NCBI RefSeq assembly: GCF_009914755.1
Contig: NC_060930.1
Length of the DNA stretch: 64,000 bases
Direction: 5' to 3' (one strand)
Source of the DNA: the human T2T-CHM13v2.0 reference genome, Homo sapiens
The notes below the pieces were generated by a model that was not told the DNA's origin, did no database searches, and saw nothing but the letters and a program-made list of their open reading frames with translations. Within the stretch, counting starts at the first letter, position 1, and every line of letters starts with the position of its first letter. Made by a program: the position numbers and the translations under genes. Positions 1 through 15,970 of this stretch are shown one piece after another.

Positions 1-423
1 CTTCAGTTTACCTTTAAGGGTAAATGCTATTAACAAAATATTTACATATAAATATTAGTTTGGACAAGAATAGGGTTATATTTTACATGCTCCTTTGTAG
101 TTTATTATTTTTTCTTGATATAGCCTGGATTTTCTGGAGACCAACAGATAAAGAAGCTATGCCTAATTATTTTAATACCTGTCTTTTATCCCATCATCCA
201 TTTATATCAATAATACTTTTTAAAAAATGTTGTTCTTAAAATTATCGGTGTCTGTAATTCTAATCATTCTATTCTTGGTGTCCACTCCTTACCCATAGAT
301 GCGAGTGGTTGGGAATCAAGCCTTCTTCTTGCTTAAGGCCAATGTGGGTATTTATCAGAGTCCTCTTTTCTCCTTTTCTTTCTTTATTTTTTTACCAGCT
401 ATATGGCTTAAAAGATCATCTCA

Positions 424-699
<276 letters not shown>

Positions 700-1873
700 C
701 TACTGTGAAAATGTAGGAAGACAATGGCTGATTAGTTGGACATTGTTATGGACAATACTTGCTAAATGAGAAAACCAATGACAAGGCACCAAGGAATTAT
801 ATTTAAGAAGAATAAAACACTGAAGTTGTATATATTCCTGAAAGGATCCTTGAATAGAAACAGAAATATTCTGAGAAAGTTTATAAAAACACTCAACTAT
901 GGGGAAAACAAAGTTTAAAGTATACATGACTTCTTACAATTAAGGATTGGCTAAAAAAAGAGTCAACAGCTACTTGAATTTTCCTAATTTGGCTCTATTT
1001 GCATCGTCTGTTGGAGTATACTAATTGGAATTATAATATTTTTATTTAGTTGTATTAACAAAGAAAGGCATTTTTGATTAGTACAAATTTAAAAAGTAAT
1101 AAAGGAAAAATATATTTCACTTACTTACCAAGTTAACGCCTTAGAGCTTGATGATTCAGACCAGAAGTCAGTTCTTATAGCAATATTTATCTCAAGAACA
1201 GGCTATATAATCCTATACAAAATATCTATAGAAAAATAAACACACTTCAATTGTAGTGTATAATTGTCAATAAATTTTATTGCTGTTTTATCTTAAAATT
1301 TTATGGCCTCCATGAACATAGCTGACAGAGAAACTCTCTTAATTTAATTAATGCTTTCTCTGCAATCACTGTGAGTACATTTTAAATTGTTAACAAATGT
1401 CACATAGACAATTCACTAGAAGTCCTCTTTCAGAATAAGATTGCCATATATTAATCTGCAGTGAGTTTACCACACTTTGCCTGAATCTTTAAGGTAGTAG
1501 AATTCTCATGTGGTGTTACCTATCAGATAATGTTAGTATTTCTATAATCAAGTAAAGGTTTTTATCTTGTAAACAAATAACGATACTCAGGAAAACATGA
1601 AATGCTCTTCCAAAACTTTCCATTTTTCATTAATCAAGGAGAAAGGCCTCTAGCAAACAGACCCCATTGCCTCTTGGTTGTAGCATTAACATGATTACAT
1701 AGGAATGCACAGAAACATGAAATCTATGACGTGTAAACTTGTCAACAAGGCATGTTTATCAAATGCTATAGAGCATCCATGTGGCCAAATATATTGCCAG
1801 GATGCTGAATGGCTCCATTCTTTTCTTTAGGTAGAAAGCATTAGGAGGCATTTCTGTGGATGACAAGATTTCC

Positions 1874-2480
1874 TGTAGTGGATTTTTGCCTGGTGATCAT
1901 CTGTTACCCCTTCCCCTTTCATTATGGTAGTTAAATGTTCATCCAGGAGTCTAATTCTTGCCCATGGGGCACCGAAGCTTTAGGGGAATTCTATCCCTTC
2001 CTTAGTTTTATGGGTGGACCTGATTTGTTGAAGGGCAACATATTCCTTTTCGAAGTGAGTAATTCAGAAAATCAAGCTTTGGCTCTTCAGAAAACGACAC
2101 TTCCCTCGGCCAAAGGAATTGATTCATGACTGGGCATGTGACCCAATTCAGGCAAATGGGAATGAGGAGGAGGCTTTCTGGGTTTTCTTAGAATGCAGTT
2201 TCCGCATGCTTAAGAGAGAGGCATCAAAAGACGGACTTTCTTTTCCTGTTACTGCCATTGCCTGTAGAGATAAGGCCTGGAACTCTACACCCATTTTCCT
2301 CCTCTGAGAGAAGTCAGCAAAAGTCCTCTTTGAGAGAAAACAAAGAAATTAAGCAGATGCTAAGTTAAGCCAACCCTGAAAACCTCCCTCTCTCTGAACT
2401 TCCGCTTACATGAATAAACAAATTTCATACTTATAAATCAATCTGAACCAGGTTTAATACTATTTGTAGACAAAAAATTT
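1874..2480 (+). mobile_element. Old MaLR (MLT1-family) LTR relic; boundaries approximate
   Basis: TGT start, GGGCATGTGACCCAATTCAGGCAAATG motif, AATAAA followed by LTR-like U5; recalled similarity only. Confidence 0.4.
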
Positions 2481-3020
2481 CTTATATATTACAAAACATT
2501 TTTTCCCTAAAATGTGGCATATTATTTAATATAATGCCCTCTTCGGAGACATTGTCAAATTTTCCATGAAGATTCTTCTTAAATGTGAATAGGTAATCAT
2601 TTAAAACTTTCAGAATGTTTTCCTCTCAGGTGATACTATAGGACTTTGAAGAATTCATACTTGTCTTTGTTGTTTTCAGTAACTGTTATAAACTCATGAA
2701 AGGAAGCTAGTCTTCAGTGGGTTTGCATGGAATGTGATGAAAAGATTGATTTATTTTCCTGTTATATAATCCTGATAAATCCGGGTCACCCATGTGTCTC
2801 ATTCCCTATAGAAAAATCACATAAAAAATCCCTAAACAATGCCTAGGACACAGTAGGAACCCAAGAATTGTTTTTGAGGGTATGAATAAAAGAATAGATG
2901 AATGAATATGAACATCATTTATGTACAAATACAATCCCAGCAACCTGAAAGAATAAAAGAATAATAAAAGAATAATTTTTTTATAGTTTATCTCTTTAAA
3001 GGGACTGACTCTAGGGTTTT

Positions 3021-4545
3021 TTTTTTTTTTTTTTATTGATCATTCTTGGGTGTTTCTCACAGAGGGGGTTTTGGCAGGGTCATAGGACAATAGTGGAGGG
3101 AGGGTCAGCAGATAAACAAGTGAACAAAGGTCTCTGGTTTTCCTATGCAGAGGACCCTGCGGCCTTCCGCAGTGTTTGTGTCCCTGGGTACTTGAGATTA
3201 GGGAGTGGTGATGACTCTTAACGAGCATGCTGCCTTCAAGCATCTGTTTAACAAAGCACATCTTGCACCACCCTTAATCCATTTAACCCTGAGTGGACAC
3301 AGCACAAGTTTCAGAGAGCACAGGGTTGGGGGTAGGGTCACTGATCAACAGGATCACAAGGCAGAAGAATTTTTCTTAGTACAGAACAAAATGAAAAGTC
3401 TCCCGTGTCTACCTCTTTCTACACAGACATGGCAACCATCCGATTTCTCAATCCTTTCCCCGCCTTTCCCCCCTTTCTATTCCACAAAACCGCCATTGTC
3501 ATCATGGCCCGTTCTCAATGCGCTGTTGGGTACACCTCCCAGACGGGGTGGTGGCTGGGCAGGGGGGCTCCTCACTTCCCAGTAGGGGAGGCCGGGCAGA
3601 GGCGCCCCTCACCTCCCGGACCGGGCGGCTGGCCGGGTGGGGGCTGACCCCCCCACCTCCCTCCCTGACGGGGCGGCTGGCCTGGCGGGGGCTGACCCCC
3701 ACCTCCCTCCCGGATGGGGTGGCTGCCGGGCAGAGACGCTCCTCACTTCCCAGACGGGGTGGCTGCCGGGCAGAGGGGCTCCTCGCTTCTCATATGGGGC
3801 GGTTGCCAGGCGGAGGGTCTCCTCACTTCTCAGATGGGGCGGCTGGGCAGAGACGCTCCTCACCTCCCAGACGGGGTCGCAGCCGGGTAGAGGCGCTCCT
3901 CACATCCCAGACGGGGCGGCGGGGCAGAGGCGCTCCCCACATCTCAGACGATGGGTGGCCGGGCAGAGACGCTCCTCACTTTCCAGACTGGGTAGCCAGG
4001 CAGAGGGGCTCCTCACGTCCCAGATGATGGGCGGCCAGGCAGAGATGCTCCAAACTTCCCAGACGGGGTGGCGGCCGGGCAGAGGCTGCAATCTCGGCAC
4101 TTTGGGAGGCCAAGGCAGGCGGCTGGGAGGTGGAGGTTGTAGCGAGCCGAGATCACGCCACTGCACTCCAGCCTGGGCACCACTGAGCACTGAGTGAACC
4201 AGACTCCGTCTGCAATCCCGGCACCTCGGGAGGCCGAGGCTGGCGGATCACTCGCAGTTAGGAGCTGGAGACCAGCCCGGCCAACACAGCGAAACCCTGT
4301 CTCCACCAAAAAAATACGAAAACCAGTCAGGCGTGGTGGCGCGCGCCTGCAATCGCAGGCACTCGGCAGGCTGAGGCAGGAGGATCAGGCAGGGAGGCTG
4401 CAGTGAGCCGAGATGGCAGCAGTACAGTCCAGCTTCGGCTGGGCATCAGTGGGAGACCGTGGAAAGAGAGGGAGAGGGAGACCGTGGGGAGAGGGAGAGG
4501 GGAGAGAGGGAGAGGGAAAGGGAGAGGGAGAGGGAGAGGGAGAGC
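3021..4545 (-). mobile_element. Full-length SVA retrotransposon (hexamer, Alu-like, VNTR, SINE-R, polyA)
   Basis: (GGGAGA)n ~4488-4544, antisense Alu-like ~4080-4460, GC-rich VNTR ~3530-4080, SINE-R ~3035-3530, polyT tail; 14-bp TSD GACTCTAGGGTTTT at 3007-3020 and 4546-4559. Confidence 0.98.
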
Positions 4546-6715
4546 GACTCTAGGGTTTTACACAATGCACCATGAAGAAAACTTCCCAGAAATCATAAAC
4601 TTTCTACAAACTTTCATACAAGCAACAGCAGCTAAAGATCTCTCTGGTTTTCTCAGGCTTAGTTAACTCATTTCCTTTTCTCCTTCTTACTCTCCATACA
4701 GCCTGTTCTAGTACACCACTTTCTAGTCGTAAGTGTCCGCTGGGATTCGTACTCTTGACACCCTGATCTGCAGGGCTTCCTAAGATGGTTGAGGACCAGG
4801 TGACTCCATGTTCAATGACACACATATTTTTTTGCTTACGCCGAACACTTTCTCATATAAAATCCTCAAGGTGCATTTCTGATGAATACAATTCCCTACC
4901 TCATTTCAATATTTCATTATTTATATCTTTGAGATCTTCCACATCAAGAGGAAGGATATATATTTGGGTAGCCTTGGGACTTCTTTTATTTAGAATCCAT
5001 TTCCCTCATCCCCTCCTTTACTCCTTCTAGGGTGAGCATAATTCATCTTGGAAACCCTGGAGATAGTGTCAGGATCAGACTATAGCCTTCAGATTTCCAT
5101 GTGCAAATCTTAGAGATGAGGGATAGGGAAAACCTGGAGATTTAAACTCTTTTCTTCCAAGGTTTATATCTCTGGTTGTGGTAGAAAAAGATGCTTTGGA
5201 TCAATAAGACACTAAATTTACGTCTTTGTCACTACCAAAGTAATGCTGTGGGAAGTCACAATGGGGTCTGAAAAATGCAAGAAGATGAGAGGACAAACGA
5301 GGGCAGTGATCTGGCATATACACCACTATATCATATATATTAGCAGTAATTCTGTGGGAAGTCTTCAGATGTGACTGGGGTACTTATTCCCATGCACTGG
5401 GACCTGCTTGTCGGGCTTATGTCTCCAAGGCATAGACTTGTATTACTTCCCTTTTCCTAAGATACCTTGGTGTCTCAGGCCTGGTTCCCATTTGTCAATC
5501 TTTCTCCCTGATGTCTGCTTAATTCAACTAGTTTTCTTACTCTCCCTGGTTAACTTTACCATCAATGAGGATTTGGAGGCCTCTTTAAGGTGACCATGCA
5601 ATTGTTTATTAGTTTCTGTCTGTAAATCACCTTTATGCGAACTGAACTTCTGAGCCTACACATCTCTTCCACTGCGTTGAGGAAGAGAGCTTGCTAGAAT
5701 TGTTCTTCTACCCTGAATGTGAAATTAGAATATATTTTCACACTCCCTACACAAGGCTATAAATCCTTGTCCCTGAACATCTGGCTGTGCACTCCTTTTA
5801 GGACAGGGAAACAATCCTGCACAGAGACAACCAACTTCAGGATTTTGAATTCATATAAACCCTCAGTGCATGGCCTTTCACATAAGTGGCAGCCATTTTT
5901 GACCTTTGAATCTGTCCATACTGCTTCTATGACATGTTACAACACAGTACAAGTTCTCTCTTGTTTATGGCATACTACTATACATGCATTTCTCCAGTTT
6001 ATGGTTGCAATTAGCCCATAGCACAAGATTTAAGGTCTGCCTAATTCTTGATCCTGATTTGTGATCAAGCCTAAAGGATCTGGTTTAGCTGGTGGAGGTG
6101 AATGGAAAGCTGTAACAAACCTGAGCCCCTCAGAAACTGATCTCCTCCCACCATCCAATTTCTACAGAAGCCAGGTAACCATGGAGGATGGCAAAAGAAT
6201 TAGATAATCAAAACTCCAGTTGACCATTCTATGAGGAAGTTTTTCTAGATTTCTACAGTTAGTAAACTCGTGTACCACTGCCTCTGTTTGGTTCTCTGGG
6301 TAGTTCTATAATTCTGACAGCATCCCCCAGAGTCGTAACCCCAGTTTCAGAGCCATCTCTGTATCTTTATGAATTTCTACTCTTATTCCAATAATCATTA
6401 TAATTGGAACTTACCTGGCCCTCATTCCTTCATTATATTATCCCACCGATTTGATGGTCGTGTTGAAAACATACTCTAGGAAAGTCTGATAATTTTATTT
6501 TATTGTTTCTGGAAACCGGCTGCCTGGTCTCTACTACAGACCAATTGAATCAGTATCTTTCAGAATGATAACCTGATACATTTTTTTTTTTGGAATTTTC
6601 TTATGTGATTCAAATATAACCAAGTTTAAGGACACTTATTTTAATTCAAAGCACAGTAGAGTGAGGTGATGGAATTTAGGTCTAAAATCCTTGATAATTG
6701 CTCCCATCCAAGTAT

Positions 6716-6716
<1 letters not shown>

Positions 6717-6756
<40 letters not shown>

Positions 6757-6757
6757 A
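6717..6757. repeat. (AC)17 microsatellite followed by TA-rich low-complexity sequence to ~6842
   Basis: Read directly from sequence. Confidence 0.95.
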
Positions 6758-7434
6758 TATAAAATATATATATGTATAATATATTGCTTATATATACATT
6801 ATATTGTATATATGTATAATATATTTTATATATATATATATGTGCTGAATTCTAATTTGAATAAATCTGGGGCTGATTCTGGCTGAAATCATGTGTAAAG
6901 AAGAAAAACACCACAAACAGAAAGTATAATGTTTATCATTCCAGTTGGTTTACTTCTAAGAGGTTGCCTTTGGTTATACATGATGTATCCTACAGAAAGT
7001 TCCCTAGAATTTTTTTCTAGATGTTATTTCTTTTTTCCAAAATTTTATATTCACAGAAACCACAAAGAAAAAATTCTTTTATACTCTCTTTCATTTAGGT
7101 ACTCTTTGTCATTGTTTCTCCTGATTCAATTCCCATCTAATTCTTCCCTCTCCAGGTGTCTAGCTATGCTGGGTGCCTAGAAGAGCTGAAGGGACCATGT
7201 TACACCGGGCCTCCTGATGCAGGCAGCCATGGAAAAGTGGAATTTTTAATTTTTTTGTGTGTGATACTTTTGTATCACACAGATGAAAGGCTTCAAAAGC
7301 TTTGCTGTTGAGCCCTATGGAAAGACTCAAAATTAAGGTATATGCTAAAGCAATGGAATAAAGCAGCATAATCATTTTGAGATACATATTTTCACAACCA
7401 AAGAGTAAATTGTTAATACCGTCACTTAATTTAC

Positions 7435-7568
7435 AACTGCCAGGTTGAGCTGGAAAAAAAGCACATAGGGTAAGTAGTTAAATTTGAATTCCAGATAAAC
7501 AATGATTATTTCTTAGTATACTTATGTCCCAGGCCATATTTGGGACATACTTATACTAAAAATTGATT
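7435..7568. mobile_element. MER53 palindromic hAT MITE, left part (interrupted by L1)
   Basis: GTTAAATTTGAATTCCAGATAAACAA...TTAGTATACTTATGTCCCA...TGGGACATACTTATACTAA matches the MER53 structure; the complementary arm resumes at 10931-10962. Confidence 0.85.
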
Positions 7569-10962
<3,394 letters not shown>

Positions 10963-11635
10963 TTCTTTTGTTTGTTTGTTTGTTTTGAAAAACGTTTATT
11001 TTAAGTTCAGGGCTACGTGTGCAGGTTTGTTTCATAGGTAAATGTGTGTCATGGGGGTTTGTTCTGCAGATTATTTCGGCACCCAGATATTAAGCCTAGT
11101 ATCCATTAGTTATGTTTCCTGATCCTCTCCCTCCTCCCACTTTCCACCCTCTAATAGGACCTAGTGTGTATTGTTCCCCTCTATGTGACCATGTGTTCTC
11201 ATCATTTGGCTCCCACTTATAAGTGGGAATATGCAGTATTTCGTTTTCTGTTCCTGTGTTAGTTTGCTAAGGATGATGGCGTCCAGCTCCATCCATGTCC
11301 CTGCAAAGGACATGATCTTGTTCTTTTTTATGGCTGTATAGTATTCCATGGCATGTATATGTATGTATGTATGTATGTATGTATACATATCTCACATTTT
11401 ATTTATCTAGCCCATTATTGATGGACATTTAGGTTGATTATATGCCTTTGCTGTTGTGAATAGTGCCACAATGAACATATGCATGCACATGTCTTTATAA
11501 TAGAACAGTTCATATTCCTGTGGATATATATATCCAGTAATGGGATTGCTGGGAGGAATGATATATCTGTCTTTAGGTCTTTGAGGATCACCACACTGTC
11601 TTCCACGATGGAGGAACTAATTTAAACTCCTACCT
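10963..11635 (-). mobile_element. Older L1PA 3' end (L1PA13-16-like) with internal (TATG)n
   Basis: TAAGTTCAGGG...GTCATGGGGGTTTGTT 3'UTR type; ORF2 C-terminal peptide MEYYTAIKKNKIMSFAGTWMEL. Confidence 0.85.
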
Positions 11636-11735
11636 TTATAGGTAGGTTACCTAAACTCAGTTCTGAAAAATCAGTTTCTCTCTTTCCCTTTGGTTGCTCT
11701 CATAGATATTAATGCTGATATATAACCTCTAGCTC

Positions 11736-11886
11736 AGTGATTCTCAAAGTGTGGTCCCTGGGAACCTTTTATAAATGCAAATTCTCAGGTTCTAAGAACT
11801 GTTAACAAAAACTTTGATTCAGCAATTATTTTGTTTTAACAGACCTTCTAGGTGCTTCTGATACATGCTCAGATTTGAGAACCACT
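11736..11886. mobile_element. MER5A hAT-Charlie MITE
   Basis: Terminal inverted repeats CAGTGATTCTCAAA / TTTGAGAACCACT; internal AAATGCAAATTCTCAGG. Confidence 0.8.
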
Positions 11887-12314
11887 AATCTGTCTCAATC
11901 TGGATTGCCTTTCTACCAGTATAATTAATTTCTACAAGTCTACATCCTAAAGGAGCCAGGTTAAAATAAAATAGGATGAGTGTGGAATTCTAACAACTTG
12001 AACTATGAAAGAAGTACTCTCAGTTTTTGGCTACATAAATTATATAATGAGAAAACTTCAAATGGTTAAAAATTCCTCTTTTTATAGCAATCACCACAAA
12101 ATTGGCACTCATAATTGAGTATAGCTGTTTTATTATGAGTGTCATTGTCATTCTATATGAGCATAATTCACACTCTTTGATGAATGCTGTGGAGTCACTC
12201 AGTCCATGAGCTTGTCTTCATCATATACTTAACAATTAACTATAGCCAAAAACATTTGAATCTAATATATGCTTTGCTTGAGTTAATGAGGACCTTTAGG
12301 TCCTTACTTCTTCT

Positions 12315-12598
12315 TTTTTTTTTTTTTTTGACAGGATTTTGCTCTGTCACCAAAGCTGAAATGCAGTGGTATGATCATAGCTCACCGCAGCCTCAAACTC
12401 CTGGGCTCATGTGATCCCCCCACCTCAGCCTCCAGAGTAGCTGGGACTATAGGCATGCACCACCATGGCTGGCTAATTTTTTAAAAACCTTTTTTTTTGT
12501 GGAGATGGGGGTCTCAATATTTTGCCCAGCCTGGTCTCAAACTCCTGCTTCAGCATCCCAAAGTGTTGGGCTTGCAGGTGTGAGCCAACTCTCCTAGC
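12315..12598 (-). mobile_element. AluJ SINE
   Basis: PolyT, then GATCATAGCTCACCGCAGCCTCAAACTCCTGGGCTCA (J-type); degenerate. Confidence 0.9.
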
Positions 12599-15344
12599 TC
12601 TTTGCCTCTTAATACCTGAGTTCCAAGGAGAAACACCACAGTCAGTCCCAAATTATGATTTCATTTTCACAAGGAAAAAAGTGAATAATTGAAAACTAAA
12701 TGATAGTTTAAATAAAATACTGACTTTAATAGAGTTTTTTAAAATAAAACTATATCAAATTATGTCACATGAAACTGATTTTATTTTATTTTATATTTAT
12801 TTTTCTTTTTTTCTTTTTTTTTTTTGCATCCCTGGGTGGGCACAAATTAATTTTGTTTTGTTCAATTCTTCTTACAAAGCAAGTACTCTGGGCAACTCAA
12901 AGACTCACTACATATCATGGAGTCAGAGGAGGGTGTAATTTGACTCGTTGTTTAAATTGCATTTTATATAAACAGATCTCCCTTTGTAGAGACACAAACA
13001 CAAACCAATATGAAGTGGGGTTTTAACTACAAACCAGGGCCTGAAATAGTGTGTTCCGAATTAGAAGAAATGACTGCTTCCTTCTGGGAAATATCATGAT
13101 TTTTGAGAAAGAATGCCAGAACTTATTCTACTGTAATTTAGATGACAAGAACAGGCAAGTTTCATAATTTGATCTCTGAGTATTTCCATCTGTAAAAATT
13201 AACAGAATAAGATATTTGCTATCTATTTCATAAACAAATTGTTAAGATAAGTCATGTTGTTGCAAAAAGATATTAGTTTCTGTTTCAGTTTTCAGGGTCC
13301 TTTTAGAAGCCTGAGACTAGAATAAGATCTGCTCTTGGGTGAAATATGGATGGACACAGACTAGTTGGTCCAGGACATTTTGTGAAATCTGATTTTCCAG
13401 TAGGCTCTGCTGTGTAGGGCCTCTACAATATCCAGATTTCTCATACAGGGCTAAGCCCACTGAATGAGGGCCTGAACAAATTGAAGTGGGGACCAGCTTG
13501 AGAATATTGCCAGCATTAGGAATTTTCGTTGTGATTGAACTGAGCTTCATGAAATTGTATTAAACTACTCCATCCACTCTCTTTCATGTCTTTTCTTTTC
13601 CAGGGTAATTCTATAAACAGGAACCCCCATTTTTTTTGGAGAGGCACTGTCTCGAATGACCAAGCCATTCCTGGGTTGCAGAAAGGTAAAATGGGCCCTT
13701 TCTGCAAAAAATCAGGATTGTCTCTAAATTCTTGGTATTGCTTTAAATATATATTTGGAGTCATCAGAATTTACTTTTCTCCTGGCTTGGACTCTTCAAC
13801 ACATAATTACTTTCAAGTTACAAAATAAGTTTCTAACCTAAGTGAATATTGTGCCACATATCTCTGCACCTGGAATCCCAGGCAAGGAAGGGATACTGCT
13901 TTCAAGTGCGCAATGGCTTTACTTAACATAAATGTCAGAGATTGAGCTCTTCAATACCAAATGAAATAAATCCTTTCTCCATATATGCAGTCCAAGCTTT
14001 TCTCAAAGTCTCATTCTTTTGTTTATTGTCAAATGACAAAGTCTCATTGTTGGAGTTAAAAATAACTTTAAATAGGTAATGTGGCTATGATTCAAAGATA
14101 ATTAAAATCAGACCTGTGAGTTATCATAATTTCCTCCAACTAGAATTAGAGATTATTACTAAGGACAAGAGATTAGTATCATTGGAAGAAAATACACAAA
14201 AATGCATAGTCATATCTTGAAGTTTTAGAATTCAGCCCAGTTATCATAGAGATGAAAATCAGGTAAGTTTAAATATCAGTGTATAATATTAAAACAATCT
14301 GATTATTTTAAGAAAGGGATTTATTTGTAAAACCATATTTATAAATTTGACTTTTAATTTATTTATTCTTGCCATGTCTTTCATAGTCATTTAACTATTT
14401 TATTTTTGTATTGAGAAACTATAACCTCTAGTCTCTATCCTCTAAAGAGTTTTGCTAATCTTTCATTCAAAGACTATAGGAAAGAAAATAAAGTAACATT
14501 TATTTGAATCTCACATGTGTGGGTAATTTGATAATGCTTTTTTAATGTAAAGGTTTCATATAACATCATCATTAGCTCTGAGAATAAAAGCAGACACTGA
14601 TTTCTGCACTTAAATATTAATATAATTAGACTTTAGGCTAGCTATATTTTCTTTGGTTTCTCTAAAATTAAATGAGTGCATTGCACATTCCATTATTTTA
14701 GAATTCTTTTCTTGTATTAGGACATATGCTGCGATAAAAAAAAATGTAGCCAATGGTTAATGATATGCTCCCAAAATAGATATCTAGGCCCGATTTTATT
14801 ACAAACCACACATATGGTGCCCATCTATTCCTCTCCTTGTACAGTCAGAGGTGCATGGCCTCAGGCAGTTGTAAAGTCTGGCAGGATTTTATTGAATTTA
14901 TGGTGAAATCTTGTGTTGATTATAAGAATTGATGTCTTTGGCTTTCAGGTTTTCTGTGAGTTTAGGATTTTTATGCAGTAAATCTATATCACTCCTTCAA
15001 AATTATCAGAAGATTCTTGAGATTCCTCTAGGCTACATATATGTATATATGCTGGCCATATTCATTTTGTATGTCATTTTTTGCAACTCTCACTGAGCCT
15101 CAAATCAAATCAAACATTGAAAAACATTTTTCATCTTGCCATTAGTTTTATTTTTAAGGGATGGGGTGGGGTGGGTAGGTTGCTACTGCCTATCTCAAAA
15201 TATTTTATTATTGAGAATAGTGTGATTTCATACCCACAAATCTTAAAAGGCTTCAAATTCTGAGTGTACAAAAACATTTAATTTTGGATTGGGTGTTTAC
15301 GGCAATTCAGTTAGCTCAACCAAACAATGGTTAGGCACCAATTA

Positions 15345-15680
15345 TTGTAGAAGAGGTTCATTTGATTATAAGTAAGAATAATCTACTTGAGCAGCCTTAA
15401 GCAAACATGAGAAATTTACTATTAGTATATTTAACTGACTCTTAGAACTCGAGGGCAGAAAGTGCTCTCAAGTCTTAGGAGAGACGGGACTGGAAACTAT
15501 AGATTGTCAGCATCTAAGGCATTTACTGTTTCAGTCTTTTCCGCTGAGACCACAGCGTCGCTTGCCTGTGTTTTTCTCTGTAAAATTAGCTCTTTCTCCA
15601 GTCTCTTTCTGCAGAATGGCTTTCTGTGCTTTTTTGTATGTCCATAGCCCACCGCATCCAGTTTTACATCTCTGCAGCTC
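15345..15680 (-). mobile_element. Old MLT1 (K/L-like) LTR relic
   Basis: Resembles 34020-34490 and recalled MLT1 motifs (CTGCAGAATGGCTTTCT, CAGTTTTACATC). Confidence 0.35.
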
Positions 15681-15779
15681 ATTAAAACATTATTTCCACA
15701 TGTTGAAAATTATTATGTGTGGGAAGAATGTATTACACTTATTTTAAAATTAGAATTCCATGGAGGGTTTTTATTATCC

Positions 15780-15970
15780 ATTGTAGAGAGGAAGCTTTTA
15801 AGTTTAGAAGAGGTGGAAATTGTGATGAAAATGTTAGAACTAATAGTACCTGTGATGAAATCAGTTACATGCTTTCGGATAGCTGTGAGGACAAAATGAA
15901 TGAATTGGCCCAAATCTTGTTTATTGTAAAATGACAAGTAAAAATAAAATTTTTGACAGATTTAATGAAA
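15780..15970 (+). mobile_element. Possible Tigger/pogo transposase N-terminal (CENP-B-type HTH) relic
   Basis: Frame of ORF 15717-15899 reads ERKLLSLEEVEIVMKMLE...FRIAVRT, resembling the RK.LSLEEK.EI..LE pattern. Confidence 0.35.

Noticed and set aside
3036-4666. Cluster of overlapping 60-186 aa ORFs
   Set aside because: Expected stop-poor frames of the GC-rich SVA VNTR and Alu-like region
13604-13685. Plus-strand 82-nt exon candidate (tcttttcttttccag|GGTAAT...AAG|gtaaaa)
   Set aside because: Strong acceptor but weak donor, unrecognised peptide and no partner exons; indistinguishable from chance
15497-15682. Protein-like minus-strand ORF (MSCRDVKLDAVG...)
   Set aside because: Overlaps an MLT1-like LTR relic; no recognisable family or splice signals
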